Shown: positions 58,592 through 64,000 of the stretch, piece after piece | Position numbering within the stretch: position 1 is the stretch's first letter | Layout: each line of letters starts with the position of its first letter | Made by a program: the position numbers and the translations under genes | The notes under the pieces: model-generated | What the model was told of the DNA's origin: nothing | Databases searched by the model: none | Seen by the model: the letters and a program-made list of their open reading frames with translations, nothing else | DNA from: Candidatus Kaiserbacteria bacterium | GTDB lineage: Bacteria; Patescibacteriota; Minisyncoccia; Phycocordibacterales; UBA918 | Reading direction: 5' to 3' | Assembly (NCBI GenBank): GCA_016204695.1 | Contig: JACQKD010000014.1 | Span: forward strand, 18,562 to 82,561 | Length of the DNA stretch: 64,000 bases

Positions 58592-60146
58592 AAACAACCC
58601 CACGGAGATTCCGAAACTTCTTGCCGAAGCGATGGCGAGCGAGCATACGAGCTACAAGAGTACGAAAAAGTTTCTCTCCAAACTTCCCACCAAAGGCAGA
58701 CATGTCATCCAAGGGCCGGGAGAAAACGCGGGTATCGTCGACCTCGGTGGCGGATGGGCGCTCGCACTGCGTATCGAGAGTCACAATCATCCCTCCTTCA
58801 TAAAGCCCTATCATGGCGCGGCCACCGGCGTCGGCGGCATTCTGCGCGACATCTTCACTATGGGCGCGCGACCCATCGGCCTCTTGGATATCCTGCGCTT
58901 CGGCACCGACGCCTACTCCAAACGGCTCGTGCCGGAAGTGGTGCGCGGCATTGCCGACTACGGCAACTGCATCGGGGTACCGGTCGTCGGCGGCGATGTG
59001 TATTTCGACAAGACCTATAACCATAATTGCCTCGTCAACGTCGCCGCCTTCGGTCTCGTCAAAAAGAAAAATATTATTTACGGAAATGCACTGACGACCG
59101 GGAGCGACCTCATCTATGTCGGCGGGCGCACCGGCAGAGACGGCGTCGGCGGAGCGCAGATGGCATCGGAGTCGCTCGACTCCATGAATGAGGCGGCGAT
59201 TCAAAGCGCCGATCCGTTCCTCGAAAAGCTACTCCTTGAGGCATGTTGGGAGCTTGCGGAAACCGACTGGGTGGAGGGCATGCAGGATATGGGAGCCGCA
59301 GGCCTGTTATGCTCGACCTCGGAAGTGGTACTCCGCGGCAGAAAGAAAACGGGAAAGAATCTCGGCGCACGCGTATTCCTCAATCGCGTGCCGGTGAAGG
59401 CCGCACGCATGACGCCGGTCGAGATGCTGCTCTCGGAATCGCAGGAACGGATGATGATCGTAGGGAAGCGGAAATACCGCAGAAAGATACTCGCGCTTTT
59501 CAAATATTGGGACCTCGAAGCGGTGGTCGTCGGCACGGTCACGAACGACGGCAAATACACGATTGTCTACAACGAAGGCAGGAAGAAAAATGTTACATTG
59601 CCGATGAACTTTGAAGAGGTATTCCCCGATCTCGAAGAGCACTGGGAACTCACGAAGTGGAAGGCGCAGAAAGGCGCGCACAAGAAAGCCGCGACCTCGT
59701 TCACTCGTGACATCTGGCACCAGTACGACTGGATGGTGGGGACGAGGACACACAAAGGCCCGAACTGTCCCGGCAACTACGCGATTCTCGGTCTTCCGGA
59801 GATCAAAAGCGAGCTGGTGGTGTCGTGGAGTTCCGATGAGGGCCGTTCTGACCAAAATCCGGCACGCGGCATCGAGCATGCATTCGACCGATGTCTTGCA
59901 CGAATGAAGCATCTTAAAGCAAAGCCGCTCGGCTTGACGAATTGTCTCAATTTCGGGCATCCGCGCGATTCCATGGGGGCGTTCGCACAGACGACCGAAG
60001 CGCTTGCAAAACGATGCAAGAAAACCGGTATACCGGTGATTGGCGGCAATGTCAGCTTATACAACGCGCACGAGGGTCATTCCATCAAGCCGACGCCCGT
60101 ACTCGTCATGGTCGGCGTACGGAAGAACCGGATTCAAAAAACCTAG
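58578..60146 (+). CDS. purL: FGAM synthase subunit PurL (C-terminally shortened)
   Basis: [50 protein letters not shown] and GGNVSLYN. Confidence 0.9.
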   Translation: MSANRNNPTEIPKLLAEAMASEHTSYKSTKKFLSKLPTKGRHVIQGPGENAGIVDLGGGWALALRIESHNHPSFIKPYHGAATGVGGILRDIFTMGARPIGLLDILRFGTDAYSKRLVPEVVRGIADYGNCIGVPVVGGDVYFDKTYNHNCLVNVAAFGLVKKKNIIYGNALTTGSDLIYVGGRTGRDGVGGAQMASESLDSMNEAAIQSADPFLEKLLLEACWELAETDWVEGMQDMGAAGLLCSTSEVVLRGRKKTGKNLGARVFLNRVPVKAARMTPVEMLLSESQERMMIVGKRKYRRKILALFKYWDLEAVVVGTVTNDGKYTIVYNEGRKKNVTLPMNFEEVFPDLEEHWELTKWKAQKGAHKKAATSFTRDIWHQYDWMVGTRTHKGPNCPGNYAILGLPEIKSELVVSWSSDEGRSDQNPARGIEHAFDRCLARMKHLKAKPLGLTNCLNFGHPRDSMGAFAQTTEALAKRCKKTGIPVIGGNVSLYNAHEGHSIKPTPVLVMVGVRKNRIQKT

Positions 60147-60159
60147 CCGAATATACACC

Positions 60160-61284
60160 ATGAAAAGCGCATACGCACAGGCAGGAGTGGACGTCGACAT
60201 CGAAGCGCAGGCCTCGCGAATCATGTATGAAGCGGCGCGTACGACATTTGAAAACCGCCGCGGCAACATCGGCGAGATCATCACACCATTTGATGACTTC
60301 TCGGGCATCCGCGTCGTCGACGTCGGCGGATTGCCGAGCGGGAGCATGATGTGTATGTGCTTCGATACCACGGGCACGAAAGTGGAACTTGCGCACCGCA
60401 TGAACAAACACGACACGATCGCGTACGACCTCTTCGCGATGGTCTGCGACGACGCCGTCTTGCGCGGCGGGGAGCCGGTTTTGATCGGCAGCAACCTCGA
60501 CATCCAGTCGCTCGGCACCGATGAACGATTCATTCCTGTGATACGCCAGCTCGCCGAGGGCTACACTGCCGCGGCAAAGACGGCAAATGTGGCGGTCATA
60601 AACGGAGAGATCGCGCAGATGGGTGAACTGGTTGCCGGCCACGGCGATTTTCCATACCACTGGGGCGCCGCACTCGTGTGGTTTGGCAGGCGCGAAAAAC
60701 TTTTTACCGGAAGAGAAATTAAGACAGGAGACGCGGTGGTGATGTTGCGACAGGTAGGATTCAGAGCCAACGGCCTCTCGCTGGTCCGCAGGATCTTTGG
60801 AAATGCTTATGGGGAAGACTGGCACCACACGATGTTTGAAGACATGCCGCTCGGCCTTCATGTGCTTGAACCGTCGACCATCTACAGCGCGCTTGTCGTC
60901 GCGCTTCATGGCGGATTTAAAACGAAAGGATCGGCGGAGATCCATGGCGTCGTTCACATCACCGGCGGCGGCATTCCCGAAAAATTTTCCCGCGTATTGC
61001 GCCCGAGCGGTCTGGGTGTCCGTCTCGCATCACTCTTTTCTCCATCGTCGGTGGTACTGCATTGTCAAAGACTCGGCGGTATCTCCGACCGCGATGCCTA
61101 CGGTGCCTGGGGCATGGGCCAGGGGATGGCGCTCATCACGCCCGAACCGGAGAAAGTCGTAGCGGCGGCGCCCTCGTTCGGGATCGAAGCCCAGATAGCC
61201 GGGGAAATAATGCCCGAAGCGGGAGTCATCGTCGTAAGTCAAGGAGCCGAACAGCCCGGCACAGAAATTGTATTTGATGCATGA
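60160..61284 (+). CDS. purM: AIR synthase PurM
   Basis: YAQAGVD, GTK, GEIAQM, NGLSLVR, HITGGG and MGQGM. Confidence 0.85.
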   Translation: MKSAYAQAGVDVDIEAQASRIMYEAARTTFENRRGNIGEIITPFDDFSGIRVVDVGGLPSGSMMCMCFDTTGTKVELAHRMNKHDTIAYDLFAMVCDDAVLRGGEPVLIGSNLDIQSLGTDERFIPVIRQLAEGYTAAAKTANVAVINGEIAQMGELVAGHGDFPYHWGAALVWFGRREKLFTGREIKTGDAVVMLRQVGFRANGLSLVRRIFGNAYGEDWHHTMFEDMPLGLHVLEPSTIYSALVVALHGGFKTKGSAEIHGVVHITGGGIPEKFSRVLRPSGLGVRLASLFSPSSVVLHCQRLGGISDRDAYGAWGMGQGMALITPEPEKVVAAAPSFGIEAQIAGEIMPEAGVIVVSQGAEQPGTEIVFDA

Positions 61285-61392
61285 CATATCCGTATCGCGG
61301 GGATTTTCGCGCGATGGTGTATAGATCTCGTTGATGCCGGATGGGCGGGGATATAATACCGATACGGATTTATCGATAATCATCACCTGCGT

Positions 61393-61899
61393 ATGGTCAC
61401 ACCAAAACAGAAAGTTGCGGCAAAGCGCAACGTCAAGAAGGCGCAAGCCGTTTGGAAGGGAATGACGAAGCGCCAGCACTCGCTCGCACAACCCGAAGGA
61501 CGAGCGCGGAAAAAGCCCGGCACGACCGGAAAAGGAAAGTTTTATCGCATTGAGATTCGCCCCAAAGGGGAATTCAAGACATTTCGAGTGCAGGATGTCG
61601 GGAAGAAGGGCGGGCTTGAGCGGCTCGCCGGCAGGCGGTCAAGCGGAAGCTGGGACACGGTGACATGGCTTGTTGCGAAAGAAGAAGCGCACGTCGGTCC
61701 GAACGGACAGCTTGTGATCGACAGCCCGCGTGCGCGAACGGCACTCACGCAGATTGTCGGACCGATTGTGCATGTAAAGGGCGATGTTTTCAGAGCGCAT
61801 CCGAAAAAGAATGTGCCGGAGTCGGCAAAGCCGACTCCGGCAATGCGCCGCGCCCAAAAAACCAATATCAAGAAAGCCCAGGCCGCCCGACGAAAATAA
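61393..61899 (+). CDS. Basic (Lys/Arg-rich) conserved hypothetical protein
   Basis: N-terminal QKVAAKRNVKKAQ and C-terminal AQKTNIKKAQAARRK repeats flank an FRVQDVG core. Confidence 0.75.
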   Translation: MVTPKQKVAAKRNVKKAQAVWKGMTKRQHSLAQPEGRARKKPGTTGKGKFYRIEIRPKGEFKTFRVQDVGKKGGLERLAGRRSSGSWDTVTWLVAKEEAHVGPNGQLVIDSPRARTALTQIVGPIVHVKGDVFRAHPKKNVPESAKPTPAMRRAQKTNIKKAQAARRK

Positions 61900-62053
61900 G
61901 TAAAACCGACCGCCCGTCGATCCCCGTTGCAAGCAGACGGGGCATTCTGGCATCCGCAAGTAAAAGGTGCACAGGCACCGGATTCTATTTCGGATGATCC
62001 GACGTACAATGCTACACGCCGAGCTGCCCATCTGTGCTACCCTTAAAATACAC

Positions 62054-63046
62054 ATGCCAAAAGAAGAAAAAACGATTGTTGTCTCCGAACTCTCAAAGAA
62101 ATTCACGTTCCCGGTCAAAACCGAAGGGACGGGATGGTTGAAGAATCTGTTGCGACCCGAGATCAGGCATGTCAGGGCGGTGGACGCAATTTCATTCTCG
62201 GTCACCAAAGGGGAGCGGGTCGCTTTCATCGGCCCAAACGGAGCGGGAAAGTCAACAACGATAAAAATGCTGACAAGCATCTTGTTTCCGACGTCAGGGA
62301 CAATACGGGTCCTGGGACTTGATCCGACGACAGACCGCAAAAAACTCGCGTACAAGATCGGCACCGTCTTCGGTCAGCGTTCCCAGCTATTCCCCAACTT
62401 GCCGATCACCGATTCTCTCGAATTTTTCGGTGTGATGTATGACATGACCGATATACAAATACGGAAACGTGTCATTGAGCTTGCGGAGCTCTTTGAGCTT
62501 AATTCGTTCGCCGATCAGCCGGTACGAAAGCTCTCACTCGGTCAGCGTATGCGTGCCGAAGTGGCCGCATCGCTCATGCACCGACCAGAAGTCATTTTCC
62601 TCGACGAGCCGACAATCGGGCTTGATGTTATTGCCAAAAAATCCCTTCGCGATTTGTTGGTCAAAATAAACAACGAAGAACAAACTACTATTTTTCTGAC
62701 TTCTCATGACGTCGGCGATATCGAATCCCTCTGCAATCGGACAATCATCATCAACAAGGGAATATTGGTGAAAGATCTGCCGACCCAAGAGCTTACGCGG
62801 ACGTTCGTGTATGAAAAATACATTGATCTCGTGCCCCCCGTGGCATTTGAGACGTTTCCCGAACTGCCGGACGGCATCCGCTATGCGACGAAGGGGAAAA
62901 ATAAGATCACAACAATCGTCGATCTCGATAGAATCAGCGTACGAGACGCGCTCAAAGCGCTCCTCGACATCTTCGAGGTGGAAGATGTCGACGTCTACAA
63001 CACCGACCTTGAGACAGTGATCAGACATATCTATGAAGCAGACTAG
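62054..63046 (+). CDS. ABC transporter ATP-binding protein
   Basis: GPNGAGKST, VFGQRSQL, LSLGQRMR and DEPTIGLD. Confidence 0.9.
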   Translation: MPKEEKTIVVSELSKKFTFPVKTEGTGWLKNLLRPEIRHVRAVDAISFSVTKGERVAFIGPNGAGKSTTIKMLTSILFPTSGTIRVLGLDPTTDRKKLAYKIGTVFGQRSQLFPNLPITDSLEFFGVMYDMTDIQIRKRVIELAELFELNSFADQPVRKLSLGQRMRAEVAASLMHRPEVIFLDEPTIGLDVIAKKSLRDLLVKINNEEQTTIFLTSHDVGDIESLCNRTIIINKGILVKDLPTQELTRTFVYEKYIDLVPPVAFETFPELPDGIRYATKGKNKITTIVDLDRISVRDALKALLDIFEVEDVDVYNTDLETVIRHIYEAD

Positions 63047-63833
63047 ACTGGCGCAAAAAATAATACGAACGCAATTCAAAGACCGCATCTATTATCCGAG
63101 CCGGCTTGTGGTCGATACGATACGCGTCATCGCACGGTGCGGGATTTTGCTCATACTGTATTCGTATGTCTTCGAGCTCAACAATGGAACAATAAACGGC
63201 GTATCATATGTCACCGCCGCGTGGAGCATGTTTTTCTATTTTGCGTTCTCAGTCCTCGTCTTACGCCATATCTCCCAGGCAATCATGGAGGATGTGCGGC
63301 GAGGCACCGTGGAAATCCTTTTCAGCAAGCCGATCTCATACCTTTCGTACCGAATGGCGTTCCAGGTGGGAAAGGGACTCTACTCGTTTTTGGTTATCGG
63401 CGTGTCGGGAGCACTCGTACTCGCACTTCTTGTCGGCTTTCCGGTAACGGCAACTTCCATGATTTTCATACCCACCATGATCGTGACTTTTGTCCTTGGA
63501 GTCATTCTTTCGCTTCTTCTTTATTCGATCATCGGGCTCCTTGCATTTTGGATCGAAGACATCAATCCGATATTTTGGACTGTCGATAAAGCTGTCATGA
63601 TCCTGGGAGGATCGTATCTTCCGGTGGCGTTATTCCCGACCTACGTATACGCCCTCGCCTTATACAGCCCGTTCGGCGCCACGCAATTTATTACCCACAC
63701 CGTATACCACACATGGCAGACCGAATGGTATTTCAAAATCGGCATGCAGGTATTTTGGGTTATTGCGCTCGGCGCAATCGTACACATTGTATTCCAAAGG
63801 GCAAAGCAAAAGGTTTCCGTAAACGGAGGATAA
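63033..63833 (+). CDS. ABC-2 family permease (DUF990-like)
   Basis: EDVRRG...SKP, GLLAFWIED, LGGSYLPVALFP and terminal VNGG. Confidence 0.85.
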   Translation: MKQTRLAQKIIRTQFKDRIYYPSRLVVDTIRVIARCGILLILYSYVFELNNGTINGVSYVTAAWSMFFYFAFSVLVLRHISQAIMEDVRRGTVEILFSKPISYLSYRMAFQVGKGLYSFLVIGVSGALVLALLVGFPVTATSMIFIPTMIVTFVLGVILSLLLYSIIGLLAFWIEDINPIFWTVDKAVMILGGSYLPVALFPTYVYALALYSPFGATQFITHTVYHTWQTEWYFKIGMQVFWVIALGAIVHIVFQRAKQKVSVNGG

Positions 63834-63837
63834 TCCT

Positions 63838-64000
63838 ATGATAAACGAACTATATTTTGCGCTTTACGCGATCAAGAAAAATGTCCAGAGTAACGCGGAG
63901 CTTCGTACGAGCTTTATCGCCAACATCATCGGCATGATGATCAATAACACGTCCTTTCTTATCATATGGATATTCTTTATCCGGTCGGTCGGCATCATTA
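63838..64000 (+). CDS. Second ABC-2 family permease, N-terminal part (runs off window end)
   Basis: MINELYFALYAIKKNVQSNAELRTSFIANIIGMMINN... is open to the window edge. Confidence 0.7.
   Translation, partial: MINELYFALYAIKKNVQSNAELRTSFIANIIGMMINNTSFLIIWIFFIRSVGII

Noticed and set aside
1-64000. CRISPR array, integron attC array, IS element or prophage
   Set aside because: No regularly spaced repeats, attC-like sites, integrase, transposase or phage structural genes were recognised

Overview
Gene-dense bacterial chromosomal window in standard code 11. Its compact genes, -10 boxes directly upstream of start codons, shortened RF2 and gene content suggest a Patescibacteria/CPR (Parcubacteria-like) genome; this taxonomy is inference. 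Housekeeping blocks are prfB-ftsE-ftsX-pyrG, purQ-purL-purM, three tRNA genes and several ABC transporters, interspersed with accessory genes. Main observations: (1) a translationally coupled five-gene operon (6654-15098) with one ATP-grasp dikinase domain and six divergent 'variable domain + phospho-His swivel' modules, none having a pyruvate-binding barrel; (2) a tRNA-Thr(GGU) gene split by a compact 209-nt group I intron, with an HTH-LAGLIDADG-like ORF between two tRNA-Thr genes that reads into the intron; (3) a chimeric scar at 41392-41499 showing two alternative gene cassettes stacked between the same dgkA and S66-peptidase anchors; (4) a Liv-type ABC operon with five substrate-binding paralogues; (5) a nucleotide/queuosine salvage cluster, a HEPN gene pair, a pentein plus PvcA/DIT1-like pair and a C-terminally shortened PurL. 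All family calls come from motif recognition by eye, not database searches.
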